64,000 bases of DNA from an uncultured archaeon. Its GTDB lineage: Archaea > Asgardarchaeota > Lokiarchaeia > Sigyniarchaeales > SOKP01. Below, in pieces: positions 9,336-19,739 of this stretch. Position numbers and translations under genes: made by a program. The notes below the pieces were generated by a model. That model did not search any database and had not been told where the DNA came from. It was given only the letters and a program-made list of their open reading frames with translations. How positions within the stretch are numbered: position 1 is the stretch's first letter; each line of letters opens with the position of its first letter. The DNA is taken from contig CAZWEM010000001.1 of assembly GCA_964632315.1 (NCBI GenBank), forward strand, positions 64,001-128,000, written 5' to 3'.

Positions 9336-11027
9336 GTGATGACGAAAGTGGATTTAGAGAGGAAGTTATTTGATGGCACTTGGAATTATATGCATCGAGA
9401 AAGTACAATCAGGCAACTACAGAAAAACAAATATGATATTTTAGTCATAGGAGCAGGAATAACGGGAGCTGGAGTTGCTCGAGAAGGAACAATGAGAGGT
9501 TTAAAAGTAGCTATAATTGATGAGCAAGACTTTGCTGGAGGCACATCATCGAGAAGCTCCAAATTAGCTCACGGAGGAATTAGATATCTTGCACATGGTG
9601 ATATGGATTTAGTAAAAGAGGCTACTCATGAGCGCAATTGGATGAGAGTACATATCCCTCATTTGATAAGACCAATCCCCTTTTTATTCGTTCATATAGA
9701 AGGTGGGAAATACAAAAAACGGGATATTATCGGTGCTGTTAAAATTTATGATTTCCTAAGTGATAATGATTCTGATTTCAAAACGTATAAAAAGTATAAG
9801 TGGTATAAACCTGAGGAAATAATTGAAATGGAACCCGAATATATTCGGGAGGGAAATTTAGGAGGTGCGGTTTATTGGGATAATAATGTCGATGATGCTA
9901 GGTTGACTATTGAAACAATCAAGGAAGCTGTTGTAAGAGGGGCTGATGCATTAAATTATTGTAAAGCAATCAATTATAAAAAATCTAATGGCAAAATAAC
10001 GGGAATAGAATGTATCGATATGGAAAAAGAGCTAAAGTTTAATATTCAAGCAAGTTTAGTTGTTAATGCTACTGGAATATGGACTGATCAACTTTTAGAA
10101 GACTATCCTGATGAAATTCCCAAACCTTTGATCAGACCAACAAAAGGGGTTCATTTAACCTTTAAAAAAGAGCATGTTAAAAATAATATGGCCACAATAA
10201 TACGATCTATCTCTGATGATAGAGCATTTTTTGTTTTACCTCGTGACGAAAAATATACCCTTATCGGAACTACTGATACTGATTATAAGGGTGATTTAGC
10301 AAATCCTTATTGTACAAAAGAGGATGCTGATTATTTAATTCAATCTGTACAATATTACTTTCCGAATGCAGAATTAGATTATCATAATATTTTATCTACA
10401 TATGCTGGAATTCGTCCCTTAGTTATGCAGAAAGGAAAATCAGAGAGTGAAGTTTCAAGAAAACATGTAGTTTTCTTTTCTGATGATGGATTATTAACAA
10501 TTACGGGTGGAAAATTAACTGAATGGAGAGCGATGGCTGAAGATTTATTTAAGAAGATAGTAGAAAGAAATTTGTTCTCAGGAATACAAAGAGATGAACA
10601 TTTTTCGCGTCAGATGTTTTTAATTGCAATTGATAGAGATGATTGGAATTCTAAAATTAATGCTCTAAATATAGAAGTAGATCCAGATATTTTAAATCAT
10701 TTATATCACCAATATGGGAAAGGAGCGATTGAATTATTGAAATTGATAAAAAATCAACCCGAATTAGCTAAAAGAATCTTGGATGAAAATTATTTTATTA
10801 AAGCAGAAATTCAATACATTTTAAGAAATGAGCCTACCCCGCATTTAATTGATGTTTTCTGCAGAAGAACCGAAATGGCATTATGGATTCATCATAATAA
10901 TGCTTACCAAGCGGCATTAGTTGTTTCTGAATTAATGGCTAAAGAATATTCTTGGGATGATGAAAAACGAAATAAAGAGATTAAAGACTATATTGATTAT
11001 GTAGAAAAAACAGTGTCTTTCGTCTAA
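9336..11027 (+). CDS. glpD: FAD-dependent glycerol-3-phosphate dehydrogenase (GlpD/GlpA)
   Basis: IGAGITGAG, DFAGGTSSRSSKLAHGGIRYL, DDARL, GTTD, AGIRPL, GGKLT; true start may be the GTG at 9348 after GGTGA. Confidence 0.93.
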   Translation: MMTKVDLERKLFDGTWNYMHRESTIRQLQKNKYDILVIGAGITGAGVAREGTMRGLKVAIIDEQDFAGGTSSRSSKLAHGGIRYLAHGDMDLVKEATHERNWMRVHIPHLIRPIPFLFVHIEGGKYKKRDIIGAVKIYDFLSDNDSDFKTYKKYKWYKPEEIIEMEPEYIREGNLGGAVYWDNNVDDARLTIETIKEAVVRGADALNYCKAINYKKSNGKITGIECIDMEKELKFNIQASLVVNATGIWTDQLLEDYPDEIPKPLIRPTKGVHLTFKKEHVKNNMATIIRSISDDRAFFVLPRDEKYTLIGTTDTDYKGDLANPYCTKEDADYLIQSVQYYFPNAELDYHNILSTYAGIRPLVMQKGKSESEVSRKHVVFFSDDGLLTITGGKLTEWRAMAEDLFKKIVERNLFSGIQRDEHFSRQMFLIAIDRDDWNSKINALNIEVDPDILNHLYHQYGKGAIELLKLIKNQPELAKRILDENYFIKAEIQYILRNEPTPHLIDVFCRRTEMALWIHHNNAYQAALVVSELMAKEYSWDDEKRNKEIKDYIDYVEKTVSFV

Positions 11028-11150
11028 AGTTGATTATGCATTGATTTTTTTATAACATGACATTATAAAAATTGGACTTCCATAATTTATTATATATTGG
11101 TTACGATATTTATCATAACCAATTTCCATAAATATTTTGGAGGAAAAAAA

Positions 11151-11822
11151 ATGATATATCAATTTGATTTTACAGAATCGTTTTTAAGACCTCTAGCAGA
11201 ATATGCTGGATTTTTTGTATTATTATTAGGGGTAATCTGGTTCATATACGCTTTTTATGAAGCAAAAAGACGAGGCTCATTTAAAGAAAGGAAAGTAGAA
11301 GACTGGGACTTTAAAATCACTAAATTTCTCAAAGCTTTAACCTTTCTTGGATTTGTTGTTGGAATTTTCGCTATTATGAGTGGTGTTGGAGGTTTAATTT
11401 TGAATCAACCACCAAGCGTAGCTTATGCTAATGTTACTCAAGACGCTGCGAGTAAATTTACTTCAATATTTCTAATCATAATGGGACTTTTAACATTTCT
11501 TAAACCAGTAAACGATCTGCCTTTTGCAAGTGTTTTGGGTTTACTAGTCGCAGCAGTTGTCGTCGTTATCGTTTCTTTATCTATACCTCAACAAGTTGTA
11601 GAAGTAATAGCTGTGTTTATTGATCCAAGATTAGTTCTGATAATATTATTCATAATCGTGTTTGCTATCATCGCATTGACAGTTAAGTTCTATATTGGAG
11701 GGTTAATGAAACTTTCGAAAGTAATCTCTTGGCCCCCCTTAGCGTTGATTGTAGCAGTATTTTGCCTAATACAAGGATTCCTTCTTTTAGTGGTCGGTGT
11801 GTCTATAACTGGATTATTTTAA
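11151..11822 (+). CDS. Multi-pass membrane protein of unknown function
   Basis: About 6-7 hydrophobic segments; GGAGG immediately upstream of ATG 11151. Confidence 0.8.
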   Translation: MIYQFDFTESFLRPLAEYAGFFVLLLGVIWFIYAFYEAKRRGSFKERKVEDWDFKITKFLKALTFLGFVVGIFAIMSGVGGLILNQPPSVAYANVTQDAASKFTSIFLIIMGLLTFLKPVNDLPFASVLGLLVAAVVVVIVSLSIPQQVVEVIAVFIDPRLVLIILFIIVFAIIALTVKFYIGGLMKLSKVISWPPLALIVAVFCLIQGFLLLVVGVSITGLF

Positions 11823-11970
11823 ATTTTTTATTTTTTAATTTACTTCTATAAACTTTTCGCAAATTAGGTTAAGTTTAGATCATGATTCTCAAGAAACTTT
11901 AGGAATTTTATTGGAATTAATAATATTAAATTTCTATGTTAATTATGATTCCACATAGATTGAATTTTCC

Positions 11971-13083
11971 TTAAAATATGTTAAATCTATAAGAATGTTT
12001 TAAATTAATCTCTCCAATAATATCTTGACTTAAATCATACCCACAATTAGAACATGTTTTTTGATCTGAAATACCCAGCTTTGACAAACTATAACCACTT
12101 CTTTTAATTATTAAATGATTACAATTTGGGCAGTAAGTGTTGCTCCCTTTATCATGAGGAAGATTACCAACATAAACATAATGCAAACCATAACTTTGAG
12201 CAACTTTATATGCCAGATCGAGAGTTTCTAATGGAGTACGTTTCATTGAGGGCATTTTAAAATCGGGATGGTAAGCTGAGAAATGAAGCGGAGTGTTTGG
12301 TCCCAAATTGTCAGCAATCCACTTTGAAAGACTCTCAAAGTCATTTTTACTATCATTTCGGTCAGGAATGACTAAATTGGTAATTTCAACATGGATTCCA
12401 TTTTCCTTAAATGATTTTGCAGTTTCAAGAACTGGCTCGACAGAAGGTACTCCACATATTTTTTTATAAAAATCGTTTGACATTGATTTTATATCAATGT
12501 TTGCAGCATCAATCCCTACTTCAATTAATTCCTTTGATGCTTCTGGAGTGGAATATCCATTAGTAACTAAAATTGTCTTAATCCCTTCTTTCTTGAGAAG
12601 TTTAGTAGTATCTAAAATCCATTCATGCCAAATTAAAGGTTCGTTATAGGTATATGCCAAAGTTTTTGCTTGACTCTTTTTAACAATGTTAACTAATTTT
12701 TCTGGAGTCATTTCTATTAAATGTACTTGTCTGCCTTCTAATCCTTCAAGTTCATAGTAACCATTTTTTCCATCTTCAGTAGGATTAGCTTGACTAATTG
12801 ACCAATTCTGACAATTTTGACAGCGAAATGAACATCCAATAGAAGCGATTGAATATGCTATAGCTCCAGGCCAGAAGTTATATAGCGGCTTTTTTTCAAT
12901 TGGATCTAAACTCCCTCTTGATATCAGAGAGCCATAAATTAATGAGAATAATGTTCCCTTTTCGTTTTTCCTTGTCCGACAAATTCCCAACTTACTTGGT
13001 AATATTATACATTGATTACCACATACATTACATTGAACTTTTTGTTCATCTAGACTTTTCCACAATCTTGCTTTAACTTTCAT
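11971..13083 (-). CDS. amrS: AmmeMemoRadiSam system radical SAM enzyme
   Basis: VQCNVCGNQC, DPIEKKPLY, GCSFRCQNCQNW, YTYNEP, YHP, TYCPNC. Confidence 0.92.
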   Translation of the reverse strand: MKVKARLWKSLDEQKVQCNVCGNQCIILPSKLGICRTRKNEKGTLFSLIYGSLISRGSLDPIEKKPLYNFWPGAIAYSIASIGCSFRCQNCQNWSISQANPTEDGKNGYYELEGLEGRQVHLIEMTPEKLVNIVKKSQAKTLAYTYNEPLIWHEWILDTTKLLKKEGIKTILVTNGYSTPEASKELIEVGIDAANIDIKSMSNDFYKKICGVPSVEPVLETAKSFKENGIHVEITNLVIPDRNDSKNDFESLSKWIADNLGPNTPLHFSAYHPDFKMPSMKRTPLETLDLAYKVAQSYGLHYVYVGNLPHDKGSNTYCPNCNHLIIKRSGYSLSKLGISDQKTCSNCGYDLSQDIIGEINLKHSYRFNIF

Positions 13084-13190
13084 TTTTAAAATTACTTAGG
13101 ATTTACTTAATTATTAAAAGATGAGAATTTTTATAATTTTTAACTTTGATACAAATATAAATAATCTCTTAATAATAAAGTGATTAATCT

Positions 13191-14102
13191 ATTTACATCG
13201 AAAAAGATGAAGAATCAAGCAAAGAAGAACTGTTGAATTTAATTAAACAATCTAAAGAAAGACTTGATGATTTAGAGAAAATAGGAAAAAATTCAGAATA
13301 CATTAAAGAATTAAGCAATTTGGCTCTACTACAAATAGAAAACGACGAATTTGAGGCATCTAAAGATAATTTATTAATTTGCTTAAAACATTTTAAAAAA
13401 CAACATGATAGACTTGGAAAAGCAGCAGTATATGGTTTATTGGGAACTCTCTATTTCAAGAGTGAATTGTATGAAGAATCTATTAAAAATTATGAATATG
13501 CCAAAGAAATCTATACTGAACTCAATCAACCTGGGGAACTAATCACTTGTTTGAAAGGTATAGGTAACTCTTTAATTAAGTTAAATAGATTAGAAGAAGC
13601 TTCTGATACTTTCTTTAAATGTACTGCCATCTGCTCAGATCATAATGACTTGTATAATTTTTTAGATTGTATCGGGAATTTAATCACAATTTATGAAGAC
13701 CTAGACGATTGGGATGTAGTATACCAATTATATCAAAAAAGCCTTGAAGCATTTACAAAACTGAAAGATTATAAGGGAATGATCGTGACTAATTTCAATT
13801 TAGGTATTATTAAAAAAAAGAATGGAGAGTATGATAATGCTTTAAATTATTTTAAAAGTGGCACTAACATAGCAATTGATTCAAATTTTGCTGAATTCAT
13901 TGTAAGGGGATTGAGTTATGTAGCAGAATCTCTATTTTATCAAGGAAAAATGAATGAATCTAAAAAGCAATACCTTCGAGCCTTAAAAGTAGCGCGAAAA
14001 GTTAAGATGGATAATGCAATCATACAACTTCGATTACTTCTAAATTCATTTGGTTTAAATGAAAATGATATTGAAAAACAATTAGAAAGTTTAAGAAATT
14101 AA
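13191..14102 (+). CDS. Tetratricopeptide-repeat protein
   Basis: Repeated 40-aa-type TPR helices (LGTLY..YEESIKNYEYA, IGNSL, LGII..YDNALNYF); frame open from TAA 13185; start is ATT 13191 or TTG 13233. Confidence 0.85.
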   Translation: MYIEKDEESSKEELLNLIKQSKERLDDLEKIGKNSEYIKELSNLALLQIENDEFEASKDNLLICLKHFKKQHDRLGKAAVYGLLGTLYFKSELYEESIKNYEYAKEIYTELNQPGELITCLKGIGNSLIKLNRLEEASDTFFKCTAICSDHNDLYNFLDCIGNLITIYEDLDDWDVVYQLYQKSLEAFTKLKDYKGMIVTNFNLGIIKKKNGEYDNALNYFKSGTNIAIDSNFAEFIVRGLSYVAESLFYQGKMNESKKQYLRALKVARKVKMDNAIIQLRLLLNSFGLNENDIEKQLESLRN

Positions 14103-14176
14103 GTGAAAGACATTCATAATTAATTTTAAATGAGCAAAGTCTTATTTATTTTATAAACCTTCTAAAATTGTTTTGA

Positions 14177-15607
14177 ATGATATATTGTCCCTATTGTAAA
14201 CGAGAGATAGAGAAAGACTGGAGTTATTGCCATCATTGCAATAAACCATTAATCACTGATATTGATCGAGATTTAAATAAAAAACTCTCACAATCTTATT
14301 CTAACACTTCTTTTTACATTCCTGACCCCCTTGAAGAAGAGATTGACTTTAACATTGATATTATTCATAATGAGGAACTAGAAAAAAAATTACGTGAAAT
14401 TGAAGAAGCCCTTCTTGAAAGAGAAAGAGTGGGTGAGAAGGTTGGAGATTTATTGTTAGAAAAAGCGAGTATTTATTTTAAAAAACGAGATTTCGACGCT
14501 TCTTTAAAAAATCTTGAATATGCTTTGAAGAACTTTCAAGAGGAGGATGATTTTATGAAAATCTCAATTTGTCATAATGAAATGGGATTATTATATGAAG
14601 AGAGAGGATTCTTTGATCAAGCAATATATCATTTTGATGAGGCTTTTGAAATTTTAACTCGTCTTGGAGAGATTCAAAAAGTGGTGCAAGTATTAAATAA
14701 TCTAGGGAATGTATATTATTTAATCAAAGACTTACAGGAAGCATATAATAAATATCAAAAAGCTTTAGAATTATCAGAACAACACAAACTTGATTATGAA
14801 GTAGCAAAATCGTCCAGCAATCTTGTCGAAATTTTATTTAATTTTAAGGAGTATGATAGAATTCAAAGAATTTTGAAAAATAATCTTACTTTTTTCAAAG
14901 AACACGAAGATATATACGGTATTATTCAAACTCGAATAAAATGTGGAAAATTATATTATCTTTTTGGAAAAAATTATTACGAGCAATCATATCAGAATTT
15001 TATAGACGTTATCGATTTAATAAGCATGGTAAGAGCACAAATATCGATATACATAAAAGCAAGATTAGAATGGGAATGCTACCTATATCTAGGAAAATTG
15101 AATTTATTATGGAATAATGACTCGGAAGCAGAGGATTTTCTCTTGAAAAGTTTGGAAGCAGTGAGAACCTTTGAAATCACTGATAATGTTAAGGAGGGAA
15201 TTGTTTTAGAGAATATAGGAAATATGTATACATTAAGAGGAGAAGACCAAAAAGCAATAGAATATTATAATTTTGCAAGAGAGATTTATGAAAAATTTGG
15301 AGACCACCAAAAAGTAGCAGAAATGTTCTCTTCAATAGGAAAAATAAATCAGGAATATCTTCAAAATTATAGTGAATCAATCAAATCTCATAATAATGCC
15401 TTGAAAATTTATGAAGAATTGGAAGATTATCAAAATGCTGCTGAAGAATTAGAACTAGTATGTGATATTTTTTTAATAAAAAATAAACGAAATAAAGCTT
15501 TAGAAAACTTAGAACAAGCAAAATCTTATTACAAAAGACTCCATAATCAAGTAAAATTAGACTTAATTGAGGAAAAATTAAGGATGTTGAAGGACGACTC
15601 AAGTTAA
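14177..15607 (+). CDS. Zinc-ribbon plus TPR-repeat protein
   Basis: CPYC..CHHC N-terminus then many TPRs (NEMGLLY, NNLGNVY, ENIGNMY). Confidence 0.88.
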   Translation: MIYCPYCKREIEKDWSYCHHCNKPLITDIDRDLNKKLSQSYSNTSFYIPDPLEEEIDFNIDIIHNEELEKKLREIEEALLERERVGEKVGDLLLEKASIYFKKRDFDASLKNLEYALKNFQEEDDFMKISICHNEMGLLYEERGFFDQAIYHFDEAFEILTRLGEIQKVVQVLNNLGNVYYLIKDLQEAYNKYQKALELSEQHKLDYEVAKSSSNLVEILFNFKEYDRIQRILKNNLTFFKEHEDIYGIIQTRIKCGKLYYLFGKNYYEQSYQNFIDVIDLISMVRAQISIYIKARLEWECYLYLGKLNLLWNNDSEAEDFLLKSLEAVRTFEITDNVKEGIVLENIGNMYTLRGEDQKAIEYYNFAREIYEKFGDHQKVAEMFSSIGKINQEYLQNYSESIKSHNNALKIYEELEDYQNAAEELELVCDIFLIKNKRNKALENLEQAKSYYKRLHNQVKLDLIEEKLRMLKDDSS

Positions 15608-16248
15608 TCGAGCTGAAAATCTTCACTCTTGTATACTTTTTCTCCAAATTCTTCAAAACCTAATGAAACAATGAAATCGTGAGAAACCTTATTTTCATGA
15701 TATACCTCACATCTCAATTCCTTAACTCCAAGGTCTTTGAAATGATTCCAAGCTGCCATACCTAAAACCGTTCCTAATCCTTTTCGTTGGAACCTTGGAA
15801 TCACTCCTAAGCCCGCAATAACTCCATATTCATTATTAGACCCCTCTAAGTCAAGAATAATAAAACCAGCATCAATTCCATATACCCTCGCAATTAGAAT
15901 TTTCGTTTCAGGATATTCTAAAATTTTCTTTAATGTGTCAATTGAGAGTGGACTAAAAGGAGTAGAAGATGTCATCCAGCTACGATTGTACATGTACGCT
16001 ACCGATTCAAGGTCTTCTTTGATGGCATCTCGTATTTTTGCCTTAAGAATATTCCTTTCAACTTTTTTTGTTATTTGAGTTTCAAATTCTTCAGTAATCT
16101 TTTCAACGGGTAACTTCAATTGAATATATTTCATTCCAGAGGTGAGGATTGCATTTTCGACATCATCTGTTGTTTTTTGTGTTTTATCAAATGTTAAAAA
16201 TAAACTTCTAATGGCTCTATGTTTAAAACTTGGTCTTAAATCTGGCAT
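15604..16248 (-). CDS. GNAT family N-acetyltransferase
   Basis: GVIPRFQRKGLG acetyl-CoA motif A; ENKVSHDFIVSLGF motif B. Confidence 0.9.
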   Translation of the reverse strand: MPDLRPSFKHRAIRSLFLTFDKTQKTTDDVENAILTSGMKYIQLKLPVEKITEEFETQITKKVERNILKAKIRDAIKEDLESVAYMYNRSWMTSSTPFSPLSIDTLKKILEYPETKILIARVYGIDAGFIILDLEGSNNEYGVIAGLGVIPRFQRKGLGTVLGMAAWNHFKDLGVKELRCEVYHENKVSHDFIVSLGFEEFGEKVYKSEDFQLD

Positions 16249-16298
16249 AAAATGGAACCTATTTTTAATTTCTTAATTAAATAAATTCTCGAAATATT

Positions 16299-16967
16299 TT
16301 AATGTTCATTAATATGAAAATCTTCTTTTCGATAAATTTTTTCTCCAAATTCTTCGAATTGTAAGCCTTTTATGAAATTATAGGAAACTTTGTTATCTTT
16401 GTAAACTTCACATCTAAGTTCTTTAATTCCTTTTTCTTTCAAATAGCTCCATGCAGCTAAACCTAAAATGGTCCCTAAACCTTTTCTCTGATATCTGGGT
16501 AAGACTCCTAGACCTGCAATGACTCCATATTCATTATTATCACCCTCAAAATCAATGATTAAAAATGCACCATCAATTCCATATACTCTAGCAATTAAAA
16601 AAGTAGTGTTTGGATCATTAAAAATGGTTTTTAGAGTACTTTTTTCTATTGGTCTAAAAGGCGTATTTGATGTTAACCATGATTTATTATAAATTTCTTT
16701 GACTATTTCTAGATCCTTTTCATTTGCAACTCTTATGTTGGCTTGGTATATATTAGCTTCTACTTTATCTTTTACATTTTTTTCAAATTGCTCAGTGATT
16801 TTATCAACAGGAAGTCTCATTTGAATATAGACCATCCCATCTAATACTTTTTTATCTACTTCTGTATTTATAGCATCCTTATGCTTTTCAAGATATAAAA
16901 AAAGTGATCTTAATGTCTTTCTTTTTAAATTTAATGATTTTTTCAAATCAATATTCTTACCACACAT
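16299..16967 (-). CDS. GNAT family N-acetyltransferase (tandem paralog)
   Basis: GVLPRYQRKGLG; DNKVSYNFIKGLQF; long identical blocks with the neighbour. Confidence 0.9.
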   Translation of the reverse strand: MCGKNIDLKKSLNLKRKTLRSLFLYLEKHKDAINTEVDKKVLDGMVYIQMRLPVDKITEQFEKNVKDKVEANIYQANIRVANEKDLEIVKEIYNKSWLTSNTPFRPIEKSTLKTIFNDPNTTFLIARVYGIDGAFLIIDFEGDNNEYGVIAGLGVLPRYQRKGLGTILGLAAWSYLKEKGIKELRCEVYKDNKVSYNFIKGLQFEEFGEKIYRKEDFHINEH

Positions 16968-16985
16968 AATTTAAGGGTTTTAATT

Positions 16986-18623
16986 TTAAAAATTTAGATT
17001 TTGGCGAATTAATTTTTCCATATCATCATTTAATATTAATTTATTTCTTAAAATGGAAATTCCTTGTTGAATTCTCTTATCGAAATTTTTTTCTCGAATT
17101 AAATTTTTATTTTCACATGAAAATTCAAAATTTGAGCGGAGAGCCATATCATCTTCCAATAATTCATTTAAATGATTTCTAAGGTTAATTATTTCTTCGG
17201 AGAGTTCCCTATATATGTTATTTGGGTCTTGAGAAATATTTCCAGGGAAAATGAATCTGATTTTTTCTTCCATGGATTCTTGATCTTCCACGATCATCGC
17301 ATATATTGGCATATAAATCCACTGAATTGGTCTAGAAAATATTTCTGCTCGATTATCGTTCAATGACCAGTTAATAAGATCTTTTGCATCTTGTAAACAT
17401 TTCCCTTGCTTTGTACTAATAAAAATTTTACTTTGGTTAAACAATTCTTCAATCTTGTTTTTCAAATTGGTTATTTCAGCTATTTTTTCTTGTTTTTCCA
17501 TTTCAAATTGAGTTAAATGGGTATTTCTATCTTTTAATTGCGTATCTAAAGTACTCGTAAAACGTGTTAACTGTTCTATTGCGTCGGAATCAATTATTGA
17601 ACCACGTTCCTTTAATTCAACATACTTTTTAGTTAAATTTGTTACTGATTCAATAAAATTTTTTCCTTCTTTTAATAAGAAAGCAAAATGATTTTCAAAG
17701 TTCGTTAAAACATCTTCAAAAATCCTACTTTTTAAAGAATCACTTTGAGTGTAAAATTTGTTTTTCTTTAACATTTCTTCAAGTTGTCTTTCTACAGTTT
17801 TAAACAAGACAGAGATGCTTTCAATGATTTTTTTTTTCTCATCCACTTTCCATTGATCTATCCTATCTCTCTCTAAATCTAACTTCTCTCGAACTTGAGT
17901 ATCATCAATTGCTTGACTGGTTTTATTTATTTGTGATGAGTAACGAGTTTCAATATCTTTAAGTTGAACATTGAGATCTATTAACCACCTATCAACTTCT
18001 TTACTTATTAATTCAACCTGATTTTGCCACCTAAGCGCGTTTCCTTTCAAGTATTCAATTATCTTACGGTACTTATCAGCAATTTCTAAAGCTACTTCTG
18101 TAGATAACTTAGAATCTAAAGGTTGGAACTGATTTATAGATCGATATTCTATAAGAGGGAGTAATTTAGCAAGAGTTTGAAGAAATGTAGGATTTACCAA
18201 GCCTTCAATAATAATTTTTTGATATTCAGATTCTTCACCATCTCCAATTTCTTGAGCGTCAATGTCTTTATAACTTAGGATTTCATTAATTTTTGTCAAC
18301 TGGTCTATTTTAGATCGATTTTCTATATTTCTAAGTAAATGTCCAATTAAGGGCTGTCTTGGAGGATTAGTGATTTTACCTTGTTTAGAAAAGACTGATA
18401 AACCATCAATTATAATATGAGTACTAATCACTCCCTGAATTGTTAAAAAGGGCCACAATAGATTTGAAAAGCTTAAAATCTTTTCTGTTTCTTTTTTTTG
18501 TTTCGATAATAGATAAAATGCAAGAGCCAGCTCATCATTTTCATTTATTGGTGGAATTTGTGAAGTTGCATTAAATAAGGGTAGAACATATTGATTTCCA
18601 TGAATAGACAATTTTCGATTCAC
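16986..18623 (-). CDS. Long coiled-coil hypothetical protein
   Basis: Central E/K/Q/L-rich heptad region of more than 200 aa flanked by beta-rich N- and C-terminal segments. Confidence 0.8.
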   Translation of the reverse strand: MNRKLSIHGNQYVLPLFNATSQIPPINENDELALAFYLLSKQKKETEKILSFSNLLWPFLTIQGVISTHIIIDGLSVFSKQGKITNPPRQPLIGHLLRNIENRSKIDQLTKINEILSYKDIDAQEIGDGEESEYQKIIIEGLVNPTFLQTLAKLLPLIEYRSINQFQPLDSKLSTEVALEIADKYRKIIEYLKGNALRWQNQVELISKEVDRWLIDLNVQLKDIETRYSSQINKTSQAIDDTQVREKLDLERDRIDQWKVDEKKKIIESISVLFKTVERQLEEMLKKNKFYTQSDSLKSRIFEDVLTNFENHFAFLLKEGKNFIESVTNLTKKYVELKERGSIIDSDAIEQLTRFTSTLDTQLKDRNTHLTQFEMEKQEKIAEITNLKNKIEELFNQSKIFISTKQGKCLQDAKDLINWSLNDNRAEIFSRPIQWIYMPIYAMIVEDQESMEEKIRFIFPGNISQDPNNIYRELSEEIINLRNHLNELLEDDMALRSNFEFSCENKNLIREKNFDKRIQQGISILRNKLILNDDMEKLIRQNLNF

Positions 18624-18719
18624 TCACTGATTATTTTATTTAATTCATCGCTTGTATTTTAATAATATATTCCTAAAATTTTTATTTATTTTTATTGTAA
18701 ACAGAAAAAAGAATGGTCA

Positions 18720-19565
18720 TTATCTTAATTGCTCATAATTATTCGCGATTACTATTATGAGCAATGATAATAAAATGAGAAGAGGAGGGGCAACTGCACT
18801 AACATGAGCCCATCCTAAACTACCAAATATTCCATCAAGAATTCTTCCTAAGAAATAGATCAAAAATCCAATCGCATTTAAAGCGTAAGATCGTCTTAAC
18901 ACTCCAAATGTTCTTGTTGCCAAATAAATGTATAAAAATGGTATGATAGCAACAAATATTGGTAAAAGAACAAAATTTAGAAGTGCTCTACCGACTGGAT
19001 ATCCAAAGATTGTGATAAATAACGAAGGATCTACACCATAATCATCAGCAAACTTAGGATCCATGAAAAGAGCATCCGGTAGAAAAAGAGCAGCGATAGC
19101 TATAAGTATCGGAATAATAATCAATAAAGATTTTAATGAAATTCTAACAAACTTATTTTTTAGTAAAATCTGGATGTTACCTTTAAATCCACTAGCCTTT
19201 ACTGCAGGGACATCAGTTAATGGAGGAAATATGAGAATCCCTAATACTCCCATGAGGCATGCAATTCCAAGCCATGTCGAAAAAGTTGCGAGACGATAAT
19301 AAATCATTAGAATATTAACAATTTGTAGTGGTGGCAAATCCAATTCTGGGGCATAGAAATAATACACAATGAAGAAAAATCTGCCAATAGCTAAAAATAA
19401 GAATAGAAACGAGAAGTATAACCAATAAAACCTCTTCGAAGTACGATATCTCATTAAAAGAAAGTAGAAAAATATAAGAACGAGATAACCTACAACTATG
19501 TAATATAACCCCGATTCGATAGCTGACCAAATATCGAAATTTTCGAAATAATCTTGAAGTAACAT
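18720..19565 (-). CDS. Approximately 7-TM membrane protein of unknown function
   Basis: Seven hydrophobic stretches with short basic loops. Confidence 0.8.
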   Translation of the reverse strand: MLLQDYFENFDIWSAIESGLYYIVVGYLVLIFFYFLLMRYRTSKRFYWLYFSFLFLFLAIGRFFFIVYYFYAPELDLPPLQIVNILMIYYRLATFSTWLGIACLMGVLGILIFPPLTDVPAVKASGFKGNIQILLKNKFVRISLKSLLIIIPILIAIAALFLPDALFMDPKFADDYGVDPSLFITIFGYPVGRALLNFVLLPIFVAIIPFLYIYLATRTFGVLRRSYALNAIGFLIYFLGRILDGIFGSLGWAHVSAVAPPLLILLSLLIIVIANNYEQLR

Positions 19566-19739
19566 GATATTGACCAATTTTTGAGAACGCAGTAAAAATC
19601 TAATTTAAACGAAATATTATGATTACTTATACTATCTTTTAGGTATATAAAAATTTATTTTATCCAAACTAAATTTAGATTCTGAAAATACATATAGAAT
19701 CGATAATTCTTTAAATTACATATTTGAGTTTTTCCGAAC

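Noticed and set aside
13191-15607. TPR proteins as alpha-SNAP orthologs or defence-system sensors
   Set aside because: Only generic TPR consensus is visible, with no NTPase, CHAT, nuclease or SNAP-specific C-terminal motif.
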